In this document: in pieces, positions 19,345-28,185 of the stretch
How the letters are laid out: each line of letters opens with the position of its first letter
Numbering within the stretch: position 1 is the first letter of the stretch
Assembly (NCBI GenBank): GCA_965218695.1
Contig: OZ244651.1
Span: forward strand, 1,088,001-1,152,000
Source of the DNA: Nitrosopumilus sp.
Lineage (GTDB): Archaea; Thermoproteota; Nitrososphaeria; Nitrososphaerales; Nitrosopumilaceae
Length of the DNA: 64,000 nt
Direction: 5' to 3'
Notes under the pieces: model-generated
What the model was told of the DNA's origin: nothing
The model's database searches: none
What the model saw: the letters and a program-made list of their open reading frames with translations, nothing else
Translations under genes and position numbers: made by a program

Positions 19345-20877
19345 GTATGAATTCACCTGTCCTTCCTGTCACAAAAAAATGATCATACTGATCCATATGC
19401 TGGTAATACACATCCCTGTCCATGGGGAACCCACGGCACATGAACAGGGAACAGCTGGAGAGGGAACTGGCTGAGGAAAGGAAGAAAAATGCCATGCTCG
19501 AGTCCAAGATTGAAGAGGTGCTTGCCAAGATCGAACGTCTTGAAAGGGCCTTGGGGTACAGCGAGCGCATCATGACATACTATACAAACCCCAACACGCC
19601 GCCCTCATCTGAATCCCTGGAATGGAAGGCCCAGAAGAGGGAGCGGGCAAAAAAACAGGAAAAGGGAGACAAAGCCAAGCGCGGGGGAAGAGATGGACAC
19701 GTGGGGGCGTCGCGCCCCCGCGACCCGGAAAGGACCGTATCCCACAGGTTCGGGCGCAGGAAGTCGGGCAGGAGACGGGTGCCGGTACTCCCGGAATGCG
19801 GGTGCGGCGGCGGCCGGATGGCGATTGGCAGTCCGCGCGTGCGGGACATCACGGACATCATGGTGACTGCGTGCGAGACGCGGCACCGCGTGGAGACTGC
19901 AATATGCGGCTCATGCGGCCGCAGGGAAGATGCCCCAAACGACCTGCCGCGGCGGGGCAACTTCGGCAAGGGACTGGTCGGGCTCGTCTCAGAACTGCGC
20001 GCGGCACGGGTGCCGCTCAAGGGAATCTCGGTCGCGGTGCGCTCCATAACGGACATTGAGCTTGCAGGATCCACTGTCAACAACATCATGGCGCGCGTCG
20101 GGGACGCCTCGGGCCACGAGGCAGGCAGGATCCTCGGGGAAGTGGAGGCTTCTGACTGTGCCGGGTTTGACGAGACCAGCTGGCGAAACGACGGCCAGAG
20201 GGTGCACGCAAACGTGGCACAGTCGGGCAAAAATATCGCAATAAACATCAGCCAGAGCAGGGCCACGCTCATGCTCGATGCCATGGACAAATTTGACGGG
20301 GTGGCGATAACTGACGGGTACAACGGGTATGACAGGTTTGACAAGGGCGGCATGCACCAGTCGTGCTGGGCGCACGACCTCCGGCAGACAAGACACCTGG
20401 CAGAAAAATACTGTGCCGTGCCTCCCAAGACCAAACGCGTCCGGCGGCGGCGGCAGCTCCACGAGGACCACAAGTGGGTGTTTGAGAGGGCAAAACTGCT
20501 GGCCGCGCAGGAGGCGCACTCGCTACAGCTGCGGCATACGATGAACCGCACCATGCAGGACGTGCTTGACCGGTACCGCGATGCCGGTGGTGGTAACGAT
20601 GACGACATGCAAAAGGTGCTGGACAAGCTCGAGAGGCACCTGCACCGCATGTTTGCGTTCCTGGAGCATCCCGGCGTCGAGCCTACAAACAACGCCAGCG
20701 AGAGGGCGCTGCGCTACCTGGTGGTGTTCCGCAAGATAAGCGGGCAGACCAAGGGTGGGCCCAAGTCCATGAAGCGTCTTGCAGATTTTGTTACATGCGT
20801 CCTCACGTGGAGGGCACATGGCAAGAGCGTGGCCGAAGAAGTTGGTCGACTGATATAAGGGGCAGGTGAACTCATAC
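19345..20877 (+). mobile_element. IS66-family element
   Basis: TIR GTATGAATTCACCTG / CAGGTGAACTCATAC; 8-bp TSD GAACACGT. Confidence 0.95.
19422..20858 (+). CDS. IS66 transposase
   Basis: NTPPS, zinc-ribbon cysteines, FDETSW, TDG, QSCWAH, TNNASERALR. Confidence 0.95.
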   Translation: MGNPRHMNREQLERELAEERKKNAMLESKIEEVLAKIERLERALGYSERIMTYYTNPNTPPSSESLEWKAQKRERAKKQEKGDKAKRGGRDGHVGASRPRDPERTVSHRFGRRKSGRRRVPVLPECGCGGGRMAIGSPRVRDITDIMVTACETRHRVETAICGSCGRREDAPNDLPRRGNFGKGLVGLVSELRAARVPLKGISVAVRSITDIELAGSTVNNIMARVGDASGHEAGRILGEVEASDCAGFDETSWRNDGQRVHANVAQSGKNIAINISQSRATLMLDAMDKFDGVAITDGYNGYDRFDKGGMHQSCWAHDLRQTRHLAEKYCAVPPKTKRVRRRRQLHEDHKWVFERAKLLAAQEAHSLQLRHTMNRTMQDVLDRYRDAGGGNDDDMQKVLDKLERHLHRMFAFLEHPGVEPTNNASERALRYLVVFRKISGQTKGGPKSMKRLADFVTCVLTWRAHGKSVAEEVGRLI

Positions 20878-20924
20878 GAACACGTCAGATATAAACATAA
20901 ATCCGATAATGTGCTATCTGTTGC

Positions 20925-21188
20925 ATGAGCAGGTATTTGAGCAGGGCCATAAAGGGAGCCGGCAAGGCACTGGAGAAAGGGGTCAAGGCTACAGACAACC
21001 TGATTGACGGGCCAGTTACCAACGGCGTGAATAAGACAACGAATAAGGTGTCCAAGAACATTGCAGGCAACATGCCATCCCCGGAACGGCAGCAAGATGA
21101 TCCGTTGACCGTGTTACAGAGGAGATACGCCAACGGAGAGATAACCCGGGAAGAATTCCTAGAGATGAAGAAGGATCTCGGACTCTGA
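20925..21188 (+). CDS. SHOCT-domain protein
   Basis: C-terminal DPLTVLQRRYANGEITREEFLEMKKDL. Confidence 0.85.
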   Translation: MSRYLSRAIKGAGKALEKGVKATDNLIDGPVTNGVNKTTNKVSKNIAGNMPSPERQQDDPLTVLQRRYANGEITREEFLEMKKDLGL

Positions 21189-21316
21189 ATGTTATCGCTG
21201 TGGCAGGTTCTGTGTAATCTTCGGGAGGTAGAATCGGACTGGTCAACAAAAACGATTTAAGGCAGTCTATGAACAGACTCAATAGCATCCCTAAATTTTC
21301 AGATCCATACTACAAG

Positions 21317-21574
21317 CTACTCGTTATTTTCTGGATGTCTCACAGATCGCCTTCCAACGAAGAACAGCACGAACATCAGTCCCAACATGAAAACAAATAT
21401 TCCCATCATTGGAGCGATCGCGTACTCTGCAATATTCCTCTGTAAGACGTTTGTGCTTCCTGAATATAGTACGGCAAACATAATCAAAGACCAAAATAGA
21501 CCAACTAACAGAACAGATACGCTGATTCCCATTCCTAGCTTACTTTTGATTCCCACGATTCTTCCGTACTTCAT
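21317..21574 (-). CDS. Small two-TM membrane protein (transposon cargo)
   Basis: Two hydrophobic segments in 85 aa. Confidence 0.7.
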   Translation of the reverse strand: MKYGRIVGIKSKLGMGISVSVLLVGLFWSLIMFAVLYSGSTNVLQRNIAEYAIAPMMGIFVFMLGLMFVLFFVGRRSVRHPENNE

Positions 21575-21683
21575 GTAGTAATAAGTTCTGTGATTGTGGG
21601 TTCTGTCGAGTTAATGAGAGCCAATCTAGAAATTTTATCGAGTTATAGAAACCTACTTTACAAAACTTAAACACTCTATAAAG

Positions 21684-21766
21684 TCCCGGGAGAGGGACTT
21701 GAACCCTCACATGCGGCGAGCATATTCATGTTTAAGATGAACGCCATACCATTAGGCTACCCCGGG
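21684..21766 (-). tRNA. tRNA-Leu(TAA), atypical, transposon-borne
   Basis: CCCGGGG/TCCCGGG acceptor plus A73; GCC-TAATGGTAT-GGC D-arm; TTCAT-CTTAAAC-ATGAA anticodon arm; long variable arm; GAGGG-TTCAAGT-CCCTC T-arm. Confidence 0.85.
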
Positions 21767-21860
21767 TTAAAACGGTTAAATAGTCTATTAGTATAAGATT
21801 GTATGGTTACGATTAAGGTGATGCGGCGAGCATACAGTAACCCTTTTTTCTCTCATATAA

Positions 21861-22985
21861 TTACACAAAGTTTCCTTTGTATAGACTCGCATTCTGAATC
21901 AACGTAATCCACTTGTTCCTACCATCCACTTCAATGAGTGAAGCTTCTGCCGGAGTCATGCCGTCAATCCCAGAGTGCTTCTTGGTAAAGTTATAGTAGA
22001 TTCTCATCCCATCCAAAACTGCCGTATCTATCTTCTTCAAACCTCTAAACACCTTCTCACGATCCCTGATTTCACCATTCAGACGCTCCATCTTGTTATT
22101 ATTGTCGCGATCCCTTTTCCCTGCAAGATGTATGTGCCTTACGTGGTTTGTTCCCTTACCAAAGACCTTCTTGCTTGACTTCATATAAGCCGGGAGTCCG
22201 TCAGTGATGAAATTCTTTGGAGCCTTCCCTGCCTGCCTTTTCGTCATGGATAGAAGAGAATCAGCGTTATGTTGGAACTTATTGTCTGCCAAATCTGAAG
22301 CCAACCAGTATCGCGTATCATCATCCATACTAGCAAACAGGTAGCATTGAGTACCGTTGATCTTTACCCACACTTCATCAGCACGAAACCAATCCCCCAC
22401 TCTTGGAACTACTCCATTGAGGTATTGTGCAGTCATACGGGAATAGTCTGAAACCCAATTGTATATCGTCTTGAATGAGACATCAATCCCCATCATCTCG
22501 TAGTGGTCGGCGATGTCCCTTACGCTCATTCCAGTATAGTACATTTGAAGTGCGCCAGTAATAATTAATTCATCAAACTGTCTCTTTTCGAACCCAAAGT
22601 TTGCGGTAAATTTCTTTTGACAGTCTTTACATCTGTACATTTGAACCCTACCTTTCTTGGTATTCCTCGTGCCTTCTTTCCTTATTCTGCCAGAGTCACA
22701 ATACTTGCAGACTGGTATCTTGGATCGTTCAATGATTCGGACTGGCTCATTTGCATAACACTTCTTCTGTTTAATGAGTTCGAGTGTAATGTGGATGTGT
22801 TTGCAGTCTGCGTTTCTGGTAGAATGGTCTGGACATGAACATATCAGACCATTTTTAGTTTCCTTGACCTCATAGAAATTTTCAGGATCGGTTTGAGATC
22901 GGATTTTGAATGTACCTATTCCTATTTGAGATCCGAATCCCGGCGATTCCATCATCTGTTTCGATCTCTCTTTTCTTTGGCTCAT
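21861..22985 (-). CDS. IS6-family DDE transposase with N-terminal SWIM and zinc-ribbon domains
   Basis: CSCPDH...CKHI, CKYC...CKDC, TIYNWV HTH, ADEVWV, ITDG, NNKMERLN. Confidence 0.92.
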   Translation of the reverse strand: MSQRKERSKQMMESPGFGSQIGIGTFKIRSQTDPENFYEVKETKNGLICSCPDHSTRNADCKHIHITLELIKQKKCYANEPVRIIERSKIPVCKYCDSGRIRKEGTRNTKKGRVQMYRCKDCQKKFTANFGFEKRQFDELIITGALQMYYTGMSVRDIADHYEMMGIDVSFKTIYNWVSDYSRMTAQYLNGVVPRVGDWFRADEVWVKINGTQCYLFASMDDDTRYWLASDLADNKFQHNADSLLSMTKRQAGKAPKNFITDGLPAYMKSSKKVFGKGTNHVRHIHLAGKRDRDNNNKMERLNGEIRDREKVFRGLKKIDTAVLDGMRIYYNFTKKHSGIDGMTPAEASLIEVDGRNKWITLIQNASLYKGNFV

Positions 22986-22990
22986 GTTAT

Positions 22991-23110
22991 AGGTTATATG
23001 TTAGGTTATATAAGTGTTAGGTTATTATTCAGGTTATCTTAAAGGTTATCATTCATTCCATTAGGTTAACCAATAGGTTATTATAGTGGTAGGGTTATAA
23101 AATAGGTTAT
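22991..23110. promoter_or_regulatory. Divergent promoter with nine (A/G)GGTTA(T) direct repeats
   Basis: Boxes at 22991, 23003, 23019, 23031, 23043, 23063, 23075, 23092, 23104. Confidence 0.75.
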
Positions 23111-23285
23111 GAGTGAACAAACTAATTTGGTTTTTGCCAATCAAAGCGGTTCTCTTCGAACTACCGTACCATCCCATATTATAAAACAGTTCAAGTTGAA
23201 GAATGGGGACAAGATGGAATGGGAATTGGTGGTAGAGAATAACGCTTTGAAGATTGTACTTAAACCAGTAAAGAAAGAATCTTGA
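23109..23285 (+). CDS. AbrB/MazE/SpoVT-family DNA-binding protein (58 aa, below ORF-track cutoff)
   Basis: MSEQTNLVFANQSGSLRTTVPSHIIKQFKLKNGDKMEWEL... matches the SLRTTVP..I...L..GD...W pattern. Confidence 0.85.
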   Translation: MSEQTNLVFANQSGSLRTTVPSHIIKQFKLKNGDKMEWELVVENNALKIVLKPVKKES

Positions 23286-23421
23286 TTCATGGGGATTATA
23301 TACGTGGATTACATTAACACAAAGGATGCCATGTACGTACTTTTGGATGTTTTACCACTTAAGAATACATAGAATTGCAAAACGATAGGATTTTATGGAG
23401 ATATGAATAGACATCAACGAT

Positions 23422-23787
23422 ATGGGCATGATAAAGAAGATCGTGATTATCATAATAACAATCAATGTGATAGGAGCTGTCATATTCCTCGGTTTGTTGT
23501 TTGGAATGGAAGATAGATCCGATCAAATTACAGACGTGGGAACCAGTATCTTGAACAATAAGATAGCCATGTGGGAATTGCAGTTAGAAGAATGTGAGAC
23601 AATACAGACCCAGACAGAATTTACAGAATTCCAAACCGACACGCAAGAGCTTGAACGCTTGACTGATGCTGATGTTGGAGATCATCCCACAAGCATGACA
23701 CTTGAGATACTTGACAAGTTGAGTAAATCTCAAACAGACGTGTATTCATGCACAGCCTCCAAACAAGTACAATTTGGGATTCCATGA
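23422..23787 (+). CDS. Membrane-anchored hypothetical protein (transposon cargo)
   Basis: N-terminal TM segment, acidic helical remainder with two Cys. Confidence 0.7.
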   Translation: MGMIKKIVIIIITINVIGAVIFLGLLFGMEDRSDQITDVGTSILNNKIAMWELQLEECETIQTQTEFTEFQTDTQELERLTDADVGDHPTSMTLEILDKLSKSQTDVYSCTASKQVQFGIP

Positions 23788-24023
23788 TTCCAAACTGCTA
23801 ATTTTTTGATTCAATCCAATAAAAAATAGGGATTGCGGTATAAAGTCGGGCTTGTGAAGTGATTTTGATAACTAGATTTTACCTCCCGAAGATTACACAG
23901 AACCCTGTGGCATGTGGTTTTTTGACTAGCCCGCACAAATGTACTGCATGCAAGTTGAGCCGTCTACTGCAAGGCAGCCGTGACAGAAACTTTTAATCAG
24001 GTAATGTGGCCCAGATTATTTGT

Positions 24024-24101
24024 GCCCTTGTAGTATAGCCCGGTCTAGAATTCGGCCCTGTCACGGCTGAGACGCGTGTTCAAATCCCGCCGAGGGCGCC
24101 A
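24024..24101 (+). tRNA. tRNA-Asp(GTC)
   Basis: GCCCTTG/CGAGGGC acceptor, CTGTCAC anticodon loop, encoded CCA. Confidence 0.95.
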
Positions 24102-24290
24102 TTAATCCTATTTCATGCGCAATGTGGCTGCCGAACCACTACTCCCACATGCATGGTGGCTGCCGGTCTGTCAGGAATGCACAGTAAAAGGTTAGGTTCG
24201 CTGTCTGTTGACCTCAAAATCCAGTCGTGAACCTAACCAGTTACGAATGCACATAGAAGAATATTAAAATTCAGGGTATTCAAGCTACCT

Positions 24291-24920
24291 TTGATGTCTG
24301 AAAAAGCAGAGGCTGTGCCGGCAGAAGACGCTGTAGCCGATGCGCCTGTTGCCGCAGAGAACCCGGCAAAGATCCTTGAGGATGCAGAGGCTGCGCTAAA
24401 GGCGGCAATGGCAAGGGTGGAAGAGGCCAAGGCCAAGGCCAAGGCTGCTTCCGAGGCCGAATACAAGGCAATTGCAGCTGCAGTTAAGACAAGCGCTGCA
24501 AAGAAGGTCGCTTATACCTTTAAGAGGCAGGGCGAGGAGATATTCAGACGCGACATGGACGAGCCCGAGTTCTTCCTGGACAAGAAGAACAGGCTCCCAA
24601 GACCGATCCTCACTGCAGAGCAGCAGGAGTCACTTACGAGAAAGGCAGAGATCCCCATAGACAACACTCCCAAGTATGTCCCCCAGCATGTCCTGAGCCC
24701 GGAGTTTGGCGGCCTTTCAAACTATGAGCGTGGAGTGGACTCTTTCCTGGTCGAGGCAAAGGAGGATCTTCAAAGGCTGAAGAATGATCCGGATGCGACC
24801 CCAAGACAGATCCAGGACGCAAAGGACAAGATAATCTATCTGCGATCCCTGCATGAGAATTATTTCATAGGAATGAACGTCTTTCGAACCGCAAAGGGCG
24901 GACGGGACAGGATCCAGTAG
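24291..24920 (+). CDS. Hypothetical protein with Ala/Glu/Lys-rich N-terminus
   Basis: Host-like codon usage; overlaps the next gene's start. Confidence 0.8.
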   Translation: MMSEKAEAVPAEDAVADAPVAAENPAKILEDAEAALKAAMARVEEAKAKAKAASEAEYKAIAAAVKTSAAKKVAYTFKRQGEEIFRRDMDEPEFFLDKKNRLPRPILTAEQQESLTRKAEIPIDNTPKYVPQHVLSPEFGGLSNYERGVDSFLVEAKEDLQRLKNDPDATPRQIQDAKDKIIYLRSLHENYFIGMNVFRTAKGGRDRIQ

Positions 24921-26011
24921 TGGGTGGTGATGGTTTGAGCCAGATCAGTTTTGATGTAATGAACGCCCGGGTTACCTTCAAGAACGTTCCCCTGCACACG
25001 CTCTCAAAGTTCATATTCAAGGACATTGATGCGGCGTACCAGGAGTTCAGGAAGATTCCGGGAGTGGACGAATGCATCATCATTCAGACTGCAAGCAGGG
25101 TTGAGATATTTACAGTCAGCAACGTCGTGACTGAAGACTCTCCTGATGCAAGACGCAAGGAGGGAAAGGGTCTGATACTGAACAGGATCAAGGACGCCTG
25201 GGTCTCCCTGTCCACGCTGGAGCAGATTGACACCGATCACTTTGATCAGACCCTTGAGGTGTACAAGGGTGATGACGTATACCTGTACCTGCTCCGTCTT
25301 GCAACAGGTCTGGACTCTGTCGTTATCGGAAAGATGGAGGTATACGCGGAGATTATCGAGTCCCTGGTCAAGGCAAAGGCTACAGGCGTCGCCGGAAGGA
25401 TACTCAACAAGCTATTTACGGATGTGATCCGACTGGCAACCAGCATCCGAGAGAACACCGGAATCGGCAAGGACGTGGTGTCACTTGGCGATGTTGCAAT
25501 CCGGTTAGTCGATGAGAAGGCCGGCCTGGACTCAAAGAAGAAGGTGTTGCTGATAGGCACCGGGGAGCCTGCTGCCATGGTCGCAAAGACGCTCAACAAG
25601 AAGAGAATCTCGTTTGACGTGACAAGCAGAACCCTCGAACGGGCAACCGGATTCAGCAGTATACTTGGCGGAGAGCCAGTCGACTTTGCAGCTGTCATGG
25701 CCGACTTTGAAAAATACGACATAGTGCTTGTCGCCACGACTGCCGACTACTTCCTGATTACCCCTGACACCGTCCATCTGGCACTCGAGGAGAAGAAGAA
25801 GGGCACCTTGATACTGGACCTGTCTGATCCAAGGACAGTCGACGAGGGGATTACGGCATTTCCCGGCCTCAAGCTGCTCTTCCGGGATCAGATATTTGAG
25901 ATCTACGAGGAGAGTGCCAGAGTCCATAAGGTACTGGTTCCTGCAGTCGAGAAGATCATAGACAAGGAACTGCCGATACTGTCTGCTAGAATGAAGATGC
26001 CTGATGCCTAG
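24920..26011 (+). CDS. hemA: Glutamyl-tRNA reductase-like protein lacking the catalytic Cys
   Basis: HemA-like motifs (QTASRVE, LATGLDS, IGTGE, DLSDPRTVD); TASR replaces TCNR. Confidence 0.8.
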   Translation: MGGDGLSQISFDVMNARVTFKNVPLHTLSKFIFKDIDAAYQEFRKIPGVDECIIIQTASRVEIFTVSNVVTEDSPDARRKEGKGLILNRIKDAWVSLSTLEQIDTDHFDQTLEVYKGDDVYLYLLRLATGLDSVVIGKMEVYAEIIESLVKAKATGVAGRILNKLFTDVIRLATSIRENTGIGKDVVSLGDVAIRLVDEKAGLDSKKKVLLIGTGEPAAMVAKTLNKKRISFDVTSRTLERATGFSSILGGEPVDFAAVMADFEKYDIVLVATTADYFLITPDTVHLALEEKKKGTLILDLSDPRTVDEGITAFPGLKLLFRDQIFEIYEESARVHKVLVPAVEKIIDKELPILSARMKMPDA

Positions 26012-26175
26012 ATGCCCTGCTTTCTCATGACAAACTGCATGACTGCCTCTGCGGAGTATTCTATTCCGTGCTCCTCTTCCATGTGTGTCCTAAATTCCTC
26101 CACTATCTCCTCTACATTCCCCTGTGTTACAAAGTCGCATTCGAAGCCGTAGTCAATGCACGCAAGTGCTGTCAT
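26008..26175 (-). CDS. DUF1059-like small metal-binding protein
   Basis: LACIDYGFECDF...HMEEEHG. Confidence 0.8.
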   Translation of the reverse strand: MTALACIDYGFECDFVTQGNVEEIVEEFRTHMEEEHGIEYSAEAVMQFVMRKQGI

Positions 26176-26345
26176 GATTCTGTAGAGATGCCCCTGAATA
26201 TAAAAATTCATATCCACATTTGATGCTGGCGCAGTCGCCATCCCTGCACGTCTGTTTGCGTTCTGTCCGATGCGGAGTCAGATTGCACATGCCGATTCGG
26301 CACTTGGCGTCTGCGTTGTGGATGCGGCGGCATCTCCGGGTCCGT

Positions 26346-27188
26346 CTATCCGTAGGACTCGTACTTGATTGAATAGTTTCCATCGGCATCCTTTTCGTGT
26401 TCTGTGATGAACCCGGCTGAGCCGATTGACTCTATGACCCCGTCAATGGTTCCCTGGTACCCGCAGATGTAGATGATCGTATTCTGTGGGGTGATCTTCT
26501 CGCCTACCATCTCGTCGACTGGTGACATTCCAGTCTTCTTGTTTGGCTTGAAGAATGACTCCACCCTGCCCACGTGGCCGCTCCATGACCTGTTGAAGAA
26601 CTCCTTTGGCCTGCTGATTGCAGCCCTGTATTTGAAGTCCCACTGGTCCCTTCCCCTGGCCTCGCTTTCTATCTCCAGGTCAGTCAGGAAGCGCTTGTAG
26701 CTGAGCTCGTCTACATAGCTTGCGCCGTGCAGCACGATGATCTCTCTTTTGTCGTTGGTGTCGTGCAGGTGCTTTGCAAAGGCGATAAACGGTGCCAGTC
26801 CGGTACCTCCGCCAACACAGATTATCCTTCTGGTGTCTGCTGAGCCGTCTGGCAGCGCCTGGCTTATCTGCAGCGCAGCGCCGGTAGGATCCCCAATGTC
26901 CACCATATCGCCCACGCTTGAATAGAACAGCTCCGTGGTGACGCGGCCCGGGAGCGGCTTTCTAACCCACCTTATTACAAACTCATAGTAGTCTCTGTTC
27001 TCCGGGTGTGACGCAATGGAGTATGCCCTTCTGACGATCTTCTTTTCTCTGGGTATTGGAACGCCGATCGTCAGAAACTGGCCAGTCCTGTACTTTGGCA
27101 TCCCCGTTACCGGAGTCAGTCGTATGATGACCAAGTCTTCCTTTAGCAGCTCCACGTAGGTAATCCTGGCCTTTGTCTCTTTTACCAT
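26346..27188 (-). CDS. Ferredoxin-NADP(+) reductase (FNR family)
   Basis: RAYSIAS, GGTGLAPF, YICG, C-terminal ESYG. Confidence 0.9.
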   Translation of the reverse strand: MVKETKARITYVELLKEDLVIIRLTPVTGMPKYRTGQFLTIGVPIPREKKIVRRAYSIASHPENRDYYEFVIRWVRKPLPGRVTTELFYSSVGDMVDIGDPTGAALQISQALPDGSADTRRIICVGGGTGLAPFIAFAKHLHDTNDKREIIVLHGASYVDELSYKRFLTDLEIESEARGRDQWDFKYRAAISRPKEFFNRSWSGHVGRVESFFKPNKKTGMSPVDEMVGEKITPQNTIIYICGYQGTIDGVIESIGSAGFITEHEKDADGNYSIKYESYG

Positions 27189-27255
27189 ACAAACGGTAAT
27201 TCCCAGCTTTGGTTAAATGTATTTCTTTTAGGGAGTGTGTTTACGGCGATGCCTG

Positions 27256-28089
27256 TCACCTGGCACCGGACCGACTGCTGTCACCCGGCGCAGCGCCGTT
27301 GATCTGCGACATTATCTCGTCGAGAATGCCGTTGTTGGCAGCGGCAATGAATGAGATTCTTGTGTCGTAGCCCAGATCCGCATCCAGCAGATTCAGGTTT
27401 CCGTCCAGCATGAGGCCGCCTGCCTCCTTTACCAGCAGGTATCCTGCGGCAATGTCCTGTATTCTGATCTTTGCCCTCAGGTCGATAAGTATGTCCATGC
27501 AGCCCCGCGCAACAAGCGCCATCTCGAGGGCGTTTGCACCAAAGTGCCTTGTGTGGTTGTTCTCAAATACGGGCTGCATCCTTTTCATCAGGTCTGTGGT
27601 GGCACCTGATGTGTTGAGTCCTACTATCCTGTAGACAGGTTTCTGGCTGCTGACGCTTATGCGTCTGCCGTCCAGGAATGCACCCTTTCCACTCGAGGCG
27701 CTGTACGTCTGCCCGTCGATCAGGTTCGTAACCACCCCCTCGGTAACCGATCTGAGGCTGTACTGCGTGGCAAACGCCAAGGAGCTGCAAAAGAACGGGA
27801 CGCCGTGCACCGCGTTGGCAGAGCCGTCTATCGCATCCATGATGACGTATCCTTTGGGATTCTCGGAGAGCTCTACCCTTCCGCACTCCTCGCCCAGGAC
27901 GACACACTCAAAGTCGACCTCCCTGAGGTAGTCCAGCACTGCCTTCTCTGCTACGATGTCTATGTTTCGAGATACGTCTCCTCCTGCGCCGACTCCAAAG
28001 TCCCCTGCAGCCCTGCCGGTGCCTGCCATCCCCTCCACGCCCTCAAAGATTCTCCTGGAGGCCTCCGTGAGGACACCTGCTGCATCCAT
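27256..28089 (-). CDS. Bifunctional fructose-1,6-bisphosphatase/inositol monophosphatase
   Basis: GAGGD, GEE, DAIDGSAN, DIAAG motifs. Confidence 0.9.
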   Translation of the reverse strand: MDAAGVLTEASRRIFEGVEGMAGTGRAAGDFGVGAGGDVSRNIDIVAEKAVLDYLREVDFECVVLGEECGRVELSENPKGYVIMDAIDGSANAVHGVPFFCSSLAFATQYSLRSVTEGVVTNLIDGQTYSASSGKGAFLDGRRISVSSQKPVYRIVGLNTSGATTDLMKRMQPVFENNHTRHFGANALEMALVARGCMDILIDLRAKIRIQDIAAGYLLVKEAGGLMLDGNLNLLDADLGYDTRISFIAAANNGILDEIMSQINGAAPGDSSRSGAR

Positions 28090-28185
28090 GGGGGATGATC
28101 GGGATGTTCGTAATTTAAGTGAAGGATTGGCCCGAACATGCTGCGCACATTGAAGGCATAAATACCAAAAAACAGGCCCTAATTT

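Larger units (their letters stand above)
21206..23904. mobile_element. IS6-family cargo-carrying transposon
   Basis: 30-bp TIRs GGTTCTGTGTAATCTTCGGGAGGTA(G/A)AATC (1 mismatch); 8-bp TSD CTGTGGCA (21198-21205, 23905-23912). Confidence 0.95.

Noticed and set aside
19580-20692. 370-aa antisense ORF and similar long shadow ORFs throughout
   Set aside because: Opposite well-supported genes in GC-rich DNA and lacking recognisable motifs.
21724-21742. Ochre-suppressor (TTA) reading of the transposon tRNA anticodon
   Set aside because: The 7-nt loop CTTAAAC places TAA at positions 34-36, so it reads as Leu.
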